This document shows positions 51,360 through 64,000 of a stretch of 64,000 nucleotides of DNA, piece by piece. The notes beneath the pieces are model-generated. The model was given only the letters and a program-made list of their open reading frames with translations. It ran no database searches and had not been told where the DNA came from. Within the stretch, counting starts at the first letter, position 1. Every line of letters begins with the position of its first letter. Made by a program: the position numbers and the translations under genes. The DNA comes from Adineta vaga. Taxonomy: Eukaryota; Animalia; Rotifera. Location: positions 1,674,001 through 1,738,000 of the forward strand of contig CP075495.1 in assembly GCA_021613535.1 (NCBI GenBank), given 5' to 3'.

Positions 51360-53131
51360 TTAAGCAGGCGCAACACGATTCAGTTCTAAAGCAGAAGGAG
51401 AAATGCCAATTCGATTGTTAGAAGAAGTTCCATGTGTTAGACGAGCACAACAATGCATTATAGAGGATTTTTTTATCCACATTAGAATACCAATCAATGT
51501 AACTGAAATAACAGTCAAAACGGCTGCTAGAATAATCACTGTAGTGTTTCGATCAGGTGTAACAACGTTTTTATGAGTTGTAGTAGAAGTATTTTGTGAT
51601 GTAGACGATGTAGGTTTCGTTGTAAGTTGTGTCTGATAGAAAAGTGAGATACGATTGATATGACATTAACGAGCATATGCATATTTCTATCAGACGAATT
51701 TAGATTTAGAGACAAACGAAAATAACTAAGAATTCATTTTCAAAAGAGCTGTCGAGTTTTGGAAATATTACACACTGTTGTTTGCAAAGTTGAAGTTGTG
51801 TTCTTGATTGTTGTAGATATTCGAGTACTTGTCTAAAAAAACATCATTTATAGAATGTTTGCATATGAGATATACTCACTATTCTTTCAGTCGTAGCAGT
51901 TGTTATTTTCACTGTTGTGGACATTGAAGTACTTGTCTACAAAATATCAGTTATAAAACATTTGTCTACACGCTGAAAAATATCTTACCATTGATGGACT
52001 GATTGAGGTAACTGTCGTTGTTCTTATAGTAGATGGAGTGTGGCTGTTAAAACAATATAACTATATGAATTCAAACATAATTTAATGGCTTTTTCCAACA
52101 ATCTGACCTGCTTGAGACGCTTATGGTGTTTGGAGTCGTCGAAGTGGTAGTTATGGATTCGTCTTCTAATGAGAAGATCGAGAAAGATTAGTTTTATATT
52201 AATTTGTCATTTATACATACGACATTTCCCTACAACTATCGAAATCTCATCGAATGCAATCGTGCTTAGAGGACCAGGAAACCCAGAGGTCTTTCCAAGA
52301 TCAAAGTACATCTAAATATAACACACAAACATATTAAACACGTCTATCTACTAACTTCACTACCTTATATCCTGTCTTCACTGTTTCATAACTTATTCGA
52401 CGTTCAATCCATCCATTATGTGGACTATTTGTCACAGTATCAATCAATTTACTATCATCACCTGTTTCTTGTACTCGTACTTTGATATTTTGATTTGTAT
52501 TACTTATGTTTGGCAAATAATAAAAATAGGTTAGACACTGATGGCCAGTGCCATTGATACCATTTGAATCAATATTTAAAGTGAAAGTGATAGAAGATCC
52601 TACTGTCGTAAGGGTGAAATGACCAAATTTACCTAAAAAATGAGAATATATGCATTTGAGGTGAATGTTCTTAGTTTATTTACCTGATTGACATTTTGAA
52701 TTTGGATCAGTGTCTGTTTGACAATAACCGTTATTGCAAAAGTACATATGCCAAGTATAGGGAGTAATCTTGTAAGGTAGACTACAGTTTTTTCCATTGT
52801 CAGTTGGTTTTACTATGCAATAAGAGATAGATAGTGTGTTGGCAGTGGAGAGAAAAGATAAGAATGCTTACGACTTGATGTAACATCAGAAAGAGGTGTG
52901 GTAGGTGCCTGTGTACCAGCATTTCCCATTTTATCGGTGACAAGGATTCCAAGAAATCCATCTCGAACTAGACAACTAGTATCGATGGTAGCAGTATCGA
53001 AGTTACATTCATACAAAATTTGTCCAAAAGTTATAGTAACACAACTATAGACTAAATGCATAAAATATCAGACTGTTTAGGAAATTATTGAGGATCTTAC
53101 TGAATAGAACAGTTCTTTCACAGTAATACAT
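51360..53131 (-). CDS. MAM-like domain, mucin-stalk type-I membrane protein (paralogue C)
   Basis: MYYCERTVLF|..GQILYECNFD, CSLPYKITPYTWHMYFC, HQCLTYFYYL, PHNGWIERR, IAFDEISIVVGKC; Thr-rich micro-exons; TM VIILAAVLTVISVTLIGILMW; tail ISPSALELNRVAPA*. Confidence 0.8.
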
Positions 53132-56100
53132 TCTTTCCAACTTCTTTCAAAATAACGTGCGCCGGTTGTCACGATAGTTTTTTGTCATTCTTTCCTCACA
53201 ATTTAACTGATATATCTTATCTCATATTTGAATAAACGACATCCTTTTTTCTCTATTTTTAAATTATCATAACAAATAGACTCATTCATCCTTCAAACTG
53301 AACATATAGCAGCATTAATCAGTCGGTTCTTAATGCATTATACAACTATGAATATGGTTTAATTCATTACATATCGATTAGACACACGAATTATCGAGGA
53401 AGTTGGTAGACAAAAATTATAGCAGACGGTCATACTTTATTATTGCTGTTTTTTTCCAAAAACAAAAGAAAAAAATATGACTTATGTTAGCTATACTCGA
53501 GATAACGGCGATACGATTTGATTCAGTTCAATTCCAGAAGGTGATATTTTTGTCTTTAGAATTGATGCTTTTTTTATCCAGAAAATAGCGACACCAATAA
53601 TTGCTATGGAAACCATTGAAAGTACAGTGGCCATAAGGATATTATATCTCTTGTTAGATTTGTGGTCTTGTTTATTGTTTGTCGATGTTCTATAAGTAGT
53701 AGCGTTTGTAGTGATTGATATATTCAAAGGTAAAATTGCCGTTATATTTAGATTATCTTGCTCTGTGATAGAAGATGTCATTGATAATACGACTGTTGAA
53801 CTCTAAGATAAAAAATAGAATTAGTTTAAGGAAAACTGAAAATGAGAAGACATGTCAAAATGCGAGAGAAAGAATTCAACATGATCTTCAATCTATCTTG
53901 AATATCAGCAAAATTCTTGTTCAGTTACCACGATCTCTGTTGATATCGATTCCATCGCATTCATCTAAAGATAAATGCACTGTAACGTTTTATTGATTAC
54001 AAAACGATGAAATATTACTGGTGTTGATGATTCTAAATCAGTTATGATGGTAGATGTTATTTGAATCGTTGATATTTCCATGGCAGGCGATACAATTGTG
54101 TTTTGAATAGCAGATTTCTCGACTAAAATAAATCAGACATAAAGATTTTCAACTTCACATATATTTATACATACAACAATTTCCAAGACGAATCGAAATT
54201 TCATCAAGAGCAATTATACTGAAAGGAAAAGTTATTCCATCTACTTTCTCCAAATCAAAAAACATCTAAATATTGGAAAGAAAAGAAAATAATAAAAAAT
54301 GCTATCTCATATTTCAACTAGTAGATAATATACTCGATAATTCGACTCGGTTGTACTGAATGATACTTGACGTTCGATCCAACCATTGAATGAACTATTT
54401 GTGACAATATCAATTATTTGATTCTTATCATTTGATTCTTTTATTCGAATTTTGATATTATTTTTTATACCATCTATATTTGGTAAATAATAATAGTAGA
54501 TCAAACATTGTTCACCAGCACTATCAGCACCACCGGTCACAGTATTTAGAGTGAAAGTAATTCGTCTGGGAACAGAAAAGTCATAATAACCAAATTTACC
54601 TACAATGAACCATATAACAGTTGAACATATAGTTTTAGGCAAGATGGTTTTTGTTCATTTACCTGATTGACATTTTGAATTTAGATTAGTATCTGTTTGA
54701 CAATAACCGTTATTGCAAAAGTACATATCCCAAGTATAGGGAGTAATCTTGTAAGGTAGACTACAGTTTTTCCCATTCTCAGTTGGTTTTACTATGAAAT
54801 AAATATATTGTGCATTGATAATAGAGAGAATAGGTGATGAGTCTTACGGCTTGACGTAACATCAGAAAGAGGTCCAGTAGGTCGATCATTACTAACAGTA
54901 CCTTTTTTTTCACCAATACTCAATCTGTATGCTCCAAGTCCTTTCAAACAATTGTTCCATGATATACTAGTATCAAAATTACATTGATACAATATTTGCG
55001 CAGGCGTTATTATCAAACAAAAATATACTAAACACAAAGAACAAGATACACTTTATGTAAATGGAGACATAAAAAACAGATCTTACCAAAAACTTGAATA
55101 ATAATGAACCATTCCATAGTGTCTGTATGATTCTGTCAAAGAATATGTAATATTTTTTATTCACTTGACTTCTTCATATTACTCATGTGAGATTGTAAAG
55201 TATTATTATCGTAATAGAGAACAAAGAGAAGTATTTAATTGAATGATGTATGCTGGATTTTCATTATCCTAGCTGACAGTCTCAGTCTCTTGTGTCATAT
55301 CATTTTTTATATTATTTTCTTATTAGAAATATGATCAAGTACTTTCTTAGTCTAATAAGTAGTTCACGTGTTTAAACTAACTTCATAGAAAGATATCAAA
55401 TTTCAATATATGATATTATTTTAAATTAATCATACAGCTGATATACAATAAATTGTTAAAATTAACGATAACTGTGTGTAGATACAAATGTACAAGGATA
55501 TGCAAATAGAAAATGAAAATTTTAAAAATAATGATCTTCTGTGTACTCTGGTTGAAGTGCAGTCATTTCATGTTCATCAGATAAGTTAGTAAACGGATGA
55601 GAAATACTACTCATAAGACCGCTAGCTGTTGCTTTCTTTACCCAGATACTAATAACGACAATGATAAGTAGTCCAGCTGGAATTCCACAAGCTAATGAAA
55701 TGATCAATGCTTTATTCGATGATCTTTTATCTGTTTTCTGTTCTATTGAATTCTCTGAGGTAGATGTTGTCGATTTTGATGTAGTATTGTTAATCATAGT
55801 AGTAAGAGTAGTCATTTGTTGGACTGTCGTAGTTTCTTCTGAAGAGATGATAGTAGAAATTGTGGTTGTCGGTATTGTTATAACAGTCGTTGTTGTTGAC
55901 GTTGATGTTTGCGTGATAAAAGGAGTAGTGGTAACTATAGTTGAAACTGTGGTTGTTGTTGTTGTTCTTGTAGTAGTTACTACGATAGTTAAAGGCGTAG
56001 TCGACTAGAATAATGAACGAAATTTATAAGATAAAACTTTTTAATAAACATAAATTTAAAACATTATTAGGATAGCGACTATATTTGGAGCTTTGTATTT

Positions 56101-57485
56101 ATACATGTTTAAGTTATATTATTTAACAAGAGTCATCTCTTTTCGATGTTATAGTCTTGTTACTAGAAACATCGCTGAAAAAATATTTTCCGAAATTGTC
56201 ATCTGAATCAAAATTTGATACCGCTTTGTACTTATGGAAGAAGAGAATATGATCTGGATTATATGAAGAATTTATGTCCAAGCAAAATCTTTTTATTACC
56301 GTTGAAACAGTTGTAGATTCAATTGTTGTCAGCTCTCTTGTAGTGGTCTACAAAAATAAATACGATGTATTTCGATAATGTCTTTTAAATTTTAGTTTTA
56401 CCAAGGTCGTCAGTTCAGCAGTTGTTGTCTGCATAGTTGATGTTTCTGTGACACTATTATTGAAAAATATGAGAAAAAATAGAACTATTAATATCAATGC
56501 ATTGTTTAGATCCTACGTTGTTGGTATTGTCGTCGTCGTCGTCGTCTCTTCTTCAGTAGTCGTTGTAGCTGGCTTTGATGTTGTTGTTGTTGTAGTAGTT
56601 GTTACCGGTGAAACTGGAGATATAGTCACAGATTCATCAGCTAGAATGAAATGAATAGATAGACGATGATTTTTGAATGCATTTCGACATACAACATTTC
56701 CCTACAACTATCGAAATCTCATCGAATGCAATCGTGCTTAGAGGACCAGGAAACCCAGAGGTCTTTCCAAGATCAAAGTAGACCTAAATATAACACACAA
56801 ACATATTAAACACGACTATCAACTAACTTCACTACCTTATATCCTGTCTTCACTGTTTCATAAGTTATTCGACGTTCAATCCATCCATTATGTGGACTAT
56901 TTGTCACAGTATCAATCAGTTTACTATCATCACCTGTTTCTTGTACTCGTACTTTGATATTTTGATTTGTATTACTTATGTTTGGCAAATAATAAAAATA
57001 GGTTAGACACTGATGGCCAGTGCCATTGATACCATTTGGATCAATATTTAAAGTGAAAGTGATAGAAGATCCTACTGTCGTAAGGGTGAAATGACCAAAT
57101 TTACCTAAAAAATGAGAATATATGCATTTGCGGTGAATGTTCTTTGTTTATTTACCCGATTGACATTTTGAATTTGGATCAGTGTCTGTTTGACAATAAC
57201 CGTTATTGCAAAAGTACATATCCCAAGTGTAGGGACTGACTTTGTAAGGTAGACTACAGTTTTTTCCATTGTCAGTTGGTTTTACTATGCAAGAGATAGA
57301 TAGTGTGTTGGCAGTGGAGAGAAAAGATAAGAATGCTTACGACTTGATGTAACATCAGAAAGAGGTGTGGTAGGTGCCTGTGTACCAGCATTTCCCATTT
57401 TATCGGTGACAAGGATTCCAAGAAATCCATCTCGAACTAGACAACTAGTATCGATGGTAGCAGTATCGAAGTTACATTCATACAA
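52215..57485. repeat. About 800-bp direct repeat (52215-53016 vs 56687-57485), roughly 98% identical
   Basis: By-eye alignment gives about 16 substitutions and one 3-bp indel, introns included. Similarity stops abruptly at both edges of the MAM-like domain. Confidence 0.95.
53491..55117 (-). CDS. MAM-like domain, mucin-stalk type-I membrane protein (paralogue D)
   Basis: MEWFIIIQVF|..AQILYQCNFD, GPLSDVTSS, Cys-rich exon, EQCLIYYYYL, FNGWIERQVSF, IALDEISIRLGNC; TM ILMATVLSMVSIAIIGVAIFW; tail ISPSGIELNQIV. Confidence 0.8.
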
Positions 57486-57604
57486 TACTTGTGCAGATAT
57501 CACTAATAAACAACTATTTACTAAATATGAAGGTATTGAAATACATTATGCAAAGCAGTCCGAAAAATATTACCGAAAAGAAAAACACTTGTCGGACACT
57601 CCAT
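55522..57604 (-). CDS. MAM-like domain, mucin-stalk type-I membrane protein (paralogue E)
   Basis: MECPTSVFLF|..AQVLYECNFD; ectodomain nearly identical to paralogue C; long poly-Thr stalk; TM LIISLACGIPAGLLIIVVISIW; tail HPFTNLSDEHEM..EYTEDHYF*. Confidence 0.8.
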
Positions 57605-58028
57605 TCTGTTTTTATTTCTCTATTAGCTCTCTAGGTATTGTTAAATTTATCTTATAGTTCTTACACTACTTTATTCATACAGAGATAATCAATTCATGTT
57701 ATCTTGCTTGAGAGAAAAAAAATAAATGTCTTCTTTTTAGCCCCGTTACACGAAGAACTCAAGTAAGTTTTTTATTATAAAGTATCATCTTTTATCAGTG
57801 CCTTGTCATACACTTTTATTTAGAACCTATTTCGCTCTTCATAAACATATATATATATATATTAGCGTAAGGTAAAAACAGCGATGCTAAATATAACGAT
57901 TAAAATAACAGAGATGAGTTCATTGACCATGAATGAGTGAGGATGTACATTCGAAATGAATCTTTCTGAAAGTACATTGGTATTAATTTATCTGTTTTAT
58001 TGAAAACAAAAGAAACGTACAATCACTC

Positions 58029-60259
58029 CTAGAAGGCAGTTTCATCTACTGAATCAAGTTCGATTTGAGATGAGAACATTTCATTCTCATCTAACGTTGT
58101 AAATGGCTGCGAGAATGTCCCAAGAATATCAGACGATGCTGATGATGAAATTTTCATCCATACAATACCGCCAACAATGGCAATCAAAACAACAGGTATC
58201 ACAGTTGCTACTACAATAACTAACGTTTTATTCGTAGGCGTTGGTTCAAGATTTTCTTCTATGGTTGTAGAATTTTCTGAGACAGAAGTTAACGCTGAAG
58301 TTATGGATGTCTGACGTGAAGTTGTTACGCTTATTGACGTTTGAGATGATCGTTGTGTTATTGTTGTTACCGTTGTTTTTGTTGGAACTGTTCGTGAAGT
58401 TGTAGTAATCGTTGTTGAGCGTGTCTAAAAATAAGAGAAAATTTATTCATGAATGATGTTTCGCTGATAGTAAGATAATTTCAGAATGATCTAAACTCTA
58501 CCGGAGAAGTACTGATTGATGTTTGTTCTGTGGTAGCCGTTGTTGTTGTTGTTGTTGTTGTTGAAGGAGTTCTGATGGTTGTAGATGAACTGGATTTTTG
58601 ATATGACGTATCACTCTATAATAGTAAAATTTCTATATTGTGATCTAGTAGCTCTTAATGTTAATTGCAGTGCTATAAATAATTGTACGTACGATAGGAA
58701 GAAACAATCACTTACGTTGGTAGTAAGAAATGTTGTCGTTTTTAAAGATGGACTCTCTGTTGATACTCTGACCTATGTTATGGAATGAAATAAAAGTTTG
58801 TTAAAGTATATGTTTTACTGTAGATGTTTTCGTGTCGTAAGATTTAGTTGAACTAAGACTAAAGCAAAAAAAAGTATCTAAGATATTGCTAAGGCAGCTC
58901 GTAGTCTATCTTACGTATCAGTTGTATCAGTCGTATATATTATTGAAGAAATCTAGTTGAAAAGAAATGGAAGATACTTTGAGAAGAGAGGCAAGCTGAA
59001 TCATAGATAATTTTATTTTCGATTACATAATAGTCGAAAGCAGCTTTCTTTGGCAACGTTTTACTTTTGATTAAACAATCATTTTCATGACAAATATTTA
59101 TTTTTAAATCGTTCATTCACAGTGATGTCGTATGACTTACAAAAGTTTTCGTTAGAATAGTCATCGTAGTTGGTGATGTTTTTAATGTAGAAGTTAATGT
59201 ACTGTTCATAAGATATGTAGTAGATTTAAGCAGTCGAAGATTATCTATAAATTCTTACCTGGTTATCTCCATCGTATTTGATGTTGTTAGTGGTTCATCT
59301 AAAATAAAAATTGTTGAATTAATCAACTGTTTCATTACTGAAAAATACATACTGCAAGCACCTTGAGTAATAGAAATCTCATCAAAAGCAATGCTTGTTC
59401 CAATCGTATCATATACAGCTTTTGCAGCATCGAAATACACCTACAACATACACATATCACTGTGTCCTTACAGTACAGCAATATCTCCGTTTACCTTGTA
59501 ACCAGGTGCTTTTGCATTATAGGTCACTTCTTGTTTTATCCATCCATTATAAGGACTACTTGTCACACGATCAATCACTACATCTTCACCATCTACTTCT
59601 ACTTTATGAACTGTGATACTCTTTTGTGTTGCATTCGACATGTAATAATAATAGATCAAACATTGTTTGTTCATACCATTGATACCACTATCAGATGGAG
59701 TTCGTATTTGAAAAGATTTTATTGCTGTAGTTGCTAGTTTTATTGAACCAAACTTTCCTATTGACATGAACAATTAACAATAGACATCAGACATGTTTCA
59801 TGTATGTTTACCTAATGTGCACGTGCCATTGACATTAGGTGCTGTTAGACAAACACCAGAATAACAGAAATACATATCCCATTGATAGGCACCTATTTGA
59901 AATGGTATTGCACATCGTTGTCCATTAGCAGTTGGTTTTACTAACAAGAAGATGAAATGTTATATGATAATAGCAGATGAGAAGGTAGTTGTTTGGCTCA
60001 CAGAGAGACGTGACATCAGAAAAAGGACTGTCTGGTGATTGTCCTGTGAAACTGCCTGTTGATGATTGTAGTAGTAGTCCTCCTGTGAGACAGTTTTCAG
60101 CAATTGTTGCACTGTCAAAATTACATTGATATAATATTTGAGAATTGACATTGAATAAACCAATAATCACTAAATATAATATATGATACATTACTTGAGT
60201 CACTCAGTACAAGACTCTCTACCAAAACAGAAAAGAATCGAACTTTGTTGTATCTTCAT
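58029..60259 (-). CDS. MAM-like domain, mucin-stalk type-I membrane protein (paralogue F)
   Basis: MKIQQSSILFCF|..SQILYQCNFDS, PFSDVTS, CAIPF..WDMYFC..VCLT..CT, KQCLIYYYYM, PYNGWIK, IAFDEISITQGAC; TM LVIVVATVIPVVLIAIVGGIVW; tail QPFTTLDENEM..IELDSVDETAF*. Confidence 0.8.
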
Positions 60260-60500
60260 TATCAGGGTGAAAAAAGCGAACGATCATACTATCCTCACCT
60301 TAGTATTTTTTAAAAGTATACACGCTAGATAATAATTGTTTTTTTGTTATCTAAACAGAACGAAAAAGTTGTTCTATAAATTTTCTTTTCAAATGATTCA
60401 TTACGCAATGAAGGTTGCCATGCATATTTGTCAGTACAAAAAAATTATTGTGCGTGTTTCATTAATTTGCATTTGATATTTATTCAATCAATATTAAAAT

Positions 60501-61197
60501 TTGAACGTGGCGTATATCGACGATTCTTCATCTTCCGAAGAATCATCGATATTAAAAAAGAAGAAATTATTTTGGGTAACTCGTTATTCATTAGGAAAAA
60601 CTTTATCAAAAGAATTATTCATTGAACATGAATTTGCTGATGATGAAACTCGGCATCGTCTAATTGAATTATATACATCAACACGAAATGAAAGTCATCG
60701 TCATTTAATATTAGCAACACTAGCATTGATTCTCAATCCACCAATTGGTAGGAGAAGTTTTTTCTCAATGAATTATAGAGTAAAGTATTCACTCAGGTTT
60801 GATGGCATGTATTTTCATCTATATGGCCAAACGACAATCGAGACATATAGTGATAAATTATGAGAATGTTGTTCATGAACAACTTGCTGCTCGATATACT
60901 TTTATTTCTTATATTCTTAGTAAGAATAGTCTTGCTTTAATTCAAAAAAGGTCATTTACAATGAATTTTATTTTAGGTATTATTTCAATTGGCTTGACAG
61001 TTAGTGTGATCACACTTGTATTGCTCTACTTTTTTGTACGTGATTTCACTATTACAAATCGAAAATCTTTGAATCTGACTTACTACCAACATGCGCTGTC
61101 GCTGAAAAATATAAATACTTTCAATAATCAACAAGAAGAACATGATTATGTTAATCGTGATGCTTTTGAATTAGAACAAAAAGAAAAATATAAATAA
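60501..61197 (+). CDS. Dispanin/CD225-like membrane protein (start codon not resolved)
   Basis: Across the 60748-60796 intron the peptide reads HLILATLALILNPPI|GLMACIFIYMAK, resembling the CD225 intramembrane motif. A TM segment FILGIISIGLTVSVITLVLLYFFV follows. Confidence 0.5.
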
Positions 61198-62435
61198 TTA
61201 CATTATACTATCACAGAATAGAAGGATGGGTGACTGTGAGAATCTAGATTCTATGTTGAATATTTACACTCATATTCTTAATTATTGCTATTCACTTTGC
61301 ATTATTTGGTTTATCTGGATTATCTATTCCTTACCGGAACGAAAAGTACTTCGACAAAATAATTTAGTTTTTGGAATGTTATTTCTTTGTATTATTATTA
61401 TTATTTCAGTGATGCTAGCAACTAGTTTAGCATCATCGACTCTATGAAAGATTTTTCTAGGTGGTGGTGGTGGTGGTCGATTCGGAAAATTGTTGGTGAA
61501 CTTATATTTTCGTTGACAGTTGCATTTATTCTGTTTGAAGCTATGTATTAGCTCGTATTGAACAGAAAAAAACGTTATTTAAAGTCACTTGTTGTGCTTT
61601 ATCAGTTGCTACTATTGTACATTTGAAATATTCGTCATATTATTTCCACTATATGTCATATAATTCACGGATACCTATGCTAGTAAGAACTCAGTTCGAA
61701 AGAATTTTTTGTGTTTTCTTCATATATATGTGATACTCGAAAGTTGAATTCAATTATTCAACTGTTATGTTCTCGTCCCGTTTTTATGTTTCGATTAAAA
61801 TCATCAATCAAACTTATATGTTTTAATAAAGTATGTAAATATTGAAAATACCGTAATGCTGTTCTTTTCTTCACTTGTCCATAGAAATTATTTACAATAA
61901 CGAATTGATAAAAAATGTATACAGTAGAGTAATCGAAAAGGTTAAAAGAGGAGTTTGTATAGATACGATAATAGCATTTTGACCTAGTACTTAAAAGAAC
62001 ATCAAATATAAATCAGTAATCAATACGAGATTTTAAATTCAAACAATAGACATAATTGTAAGTTGAAATTATTATTTTAATTAATAATTAATGATCGCGT
62101 TATGATAACATACAAGGATAAGGATTTTAAAAATACTTGCGTAGGTTTTCTTCAGATACACAGGTATTTTAACTTATAAAGTTCTACAGATTGATTAGAC
62201 TGACTTCCTTTAAAGGTTTTCTCGTAGATAAAATCTGTACATTATAGTGCATAAAAAAGACATAGCTTACTAGGAATATCAATTTCAAAAGTATAGCATA
62301 TTCGATTTCGTACTGAGCGCATTTTACAATCAACAGTATTAACCGTACATCTGATAAATTCATCATGAACTTTATTGTCTAATTTTCATATTGATTGTTC
62401 ATCATCACTATTTAGACGTACATCATATAAACAAC

Positions 62436-63887
62436 ATGAAACAGCAAATGTTGGTTTACTATGTAACTCTGCTGGTAATTATCGAATATTACTTACTTGA
62501 ATGCATTCTATGCAACTAATATCATCAAAATTCCCACAATGTTTCTCTAGGTCCAATGGAGGGTCGACATGAGGTTAGAATGGTCATCGGAGCGTGCGTG
62601 TGAGACTAAGAAAATATCTTCATATGATCTTTTGCTTTTTTCGTATATCTTTTCATAGCCTAATGGAAATTTTGCTCATGAACAATATTGTAATCGTTAT
62701 TATATATGTCAAAATAATCTACGATATTCTATCGAAAAAAATGAATGTGATTGTGAAGATAAAGTCGATTGTAAAGGTCGAGAAAAATTAATAGGTTTGT
62801 ATGTTATTTTTATGATGTGAATTCGATTTGATTTATGATATTTTTGTAAATAAATATGTACAGATACGGAGGGTCTCGATGATGAAGTACGTCCAGGTTC
62901 AAATAATACTCGAGGGCGTTCAACTCAATATTGTACAAGAGGTTTAGTAAGTAAAATCTGTGATTATTTCTATTTATAGTCACAACTTGAAGCAACTACA
63001 ATATGGAGAAGAATATTGTATGGTTTTTCTTAGGTTTGGCGTCAGGACATTCCATCGAACGGTCATTGTAATTGGTCCAAAGAACGATCAACTGATGGAG
63101 CAGATTGTAATGGCAAAGCTCTGGAAGAAAAAGAGCCATTTTTCTATTACCAATGTATTTATTCCCTTGTTATTTTATTGCGCAGATTTTTTGTCAAAAA
63201 ATTAGCTGAATATGGAATGTAGTCGTATGCTTCTCGTCTTCGAATTGAAACAAAACATATTTGATATTTTCTTGTTTTCTAGCGGGTCTAGTTTTTAATG
63301 AAAAAGAAAAAAGAATGTGATTATCAAAGAGATATCATTGATGGATCAAAAGGTATATTATGTTTAACACCACTTAGGTTTCTTCGATCAAAACCCAAAG
63401 TTGATGCTACTGGACAATTCCCGTAACTAAATAAAAACTCTATTCGATTGAGAACACGTTTCGATTGTATCAATAAAGATCAGCAAAATATGTTTGCAGA
63501 TTTAGATTGGTATAATCTTTGTCATGTTTGTATTGGCAATCGAGATAATCTATTTCTTTGTCTACCAGGAACAATATCTAATGATACAAAACAAGATTGT
63601 ATGAATCGTTATAATGGAATAAATTGTAATGGTACACGTTCTTACTATAAACCAACAACGAAACGTCAGAAACGTATCGATTTGCCATCTACACCGCGAC
63701 AAGTACCCGTAACAAATCATCGTTTTGCTGATATAAAACGTTTATCAATGAATAATAATCATCATCAACGAATTCCTTTTGAGTAAATTATTTTCATTTG
63801 ATATTTTAGTACAATGATGATAATGATGAAGACGAAGATACTTCGACTGATGATTCCTTTCAACGACGACGACATCGAGATTATTAA
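62436..63887 (+). pseudogene. Decayed multi-domain chitin-binding type-2 (CBM14 / peritrophin-A) gene
   Basis: CBM14 fragments PNGNFAHEQYCNRYYIC..ECD..VDC, GLVFNE..ECDY and FDCINK..FAD..HVC..FLCLPGTISNDTKQDC. TAA at 62517-62519 after the signal-like peptide, a frameshift in the A-run near 63300-63313, and missing cysteines. Confidence 0.7.
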
Positions 63888-64000
63888 TTCTCATTCAATG
63901 AACATAAAGACAAACTATGTTTCTCTCTCTTTTACTTGTACGATGTAGTTCTTTCGTCGATTTCATCACCTACACGTGAATAAACCGAAACAGTTTTTTG

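Noticed and set aside
55661-56654. Poly-Val ORFs on the + strand
   Set aside because: They are the antisense reading of the poly-Thr stalk exons of paralogue E.
61226-61447. 73-aa ORF with two hydrophobic segments
   Set aside because: It could be a small membrane protein or a pseudogene fragment, but I see no family motif and hydrophobic ORFs are common by chance at this AT content.
1-64000. CRISPR arrays, rRNA/tRNA genes, prokaryotic contamination, autonomous transposons
   Set aside because: No regularly spaced repeats, structured RNA genes, or transposase/RT ORFs were seen, and spliceosomal introns occur throughout.

Overview
This is a very AT-rich, gene-dense eukaryotic window with many 50-70 bp GT-AG introns. 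Intron size, gene families and a bacterial-type intronless gene suggest a bdelloid rotifer (Rotaria-like); the taxon is an inference. Conserved genes: roquin (3' part), SETD9, LRRFIP, ANKFN1/wide-awake, a TNFAIP8-family gene, TPC2, TMEM216, PYM1 and SFMBT. Accessory content: (i) six paralogues of a type-I membrane receptor (signal peptide, divergent MAM-like domain with a Cys-rich insert exon, micro-exon-encoded Thr/Ser mucin stalk, TM helix, short tail), four of them in a tandem array at 51.4-60.3 kb with domain- and exon-delimited near-identical tracts suggesting gene conversion; (ii) an intronless bacterial-type SAM methyltransferase next to a piggyBac-like foldback element; (iii) a secreted NHL gene with an in-frame stop; (iv) a dienelactone hydrolase with signal peptide and GPI-like tail; (v) a candidate tandem-PC4-like/RING-H2 gene; (vi) a CAHS-like coiled-coil gene; (vii) small hairpins built from TGTGGG/TGAGGG telomere-like hexamers; (viii) an operon-like SFMBT-PYM1-TMEM216-TPC2 cluster; (ix) a decayed chitin-binding gene. 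Exon boundaries and identities were read by eye and no database search was run.
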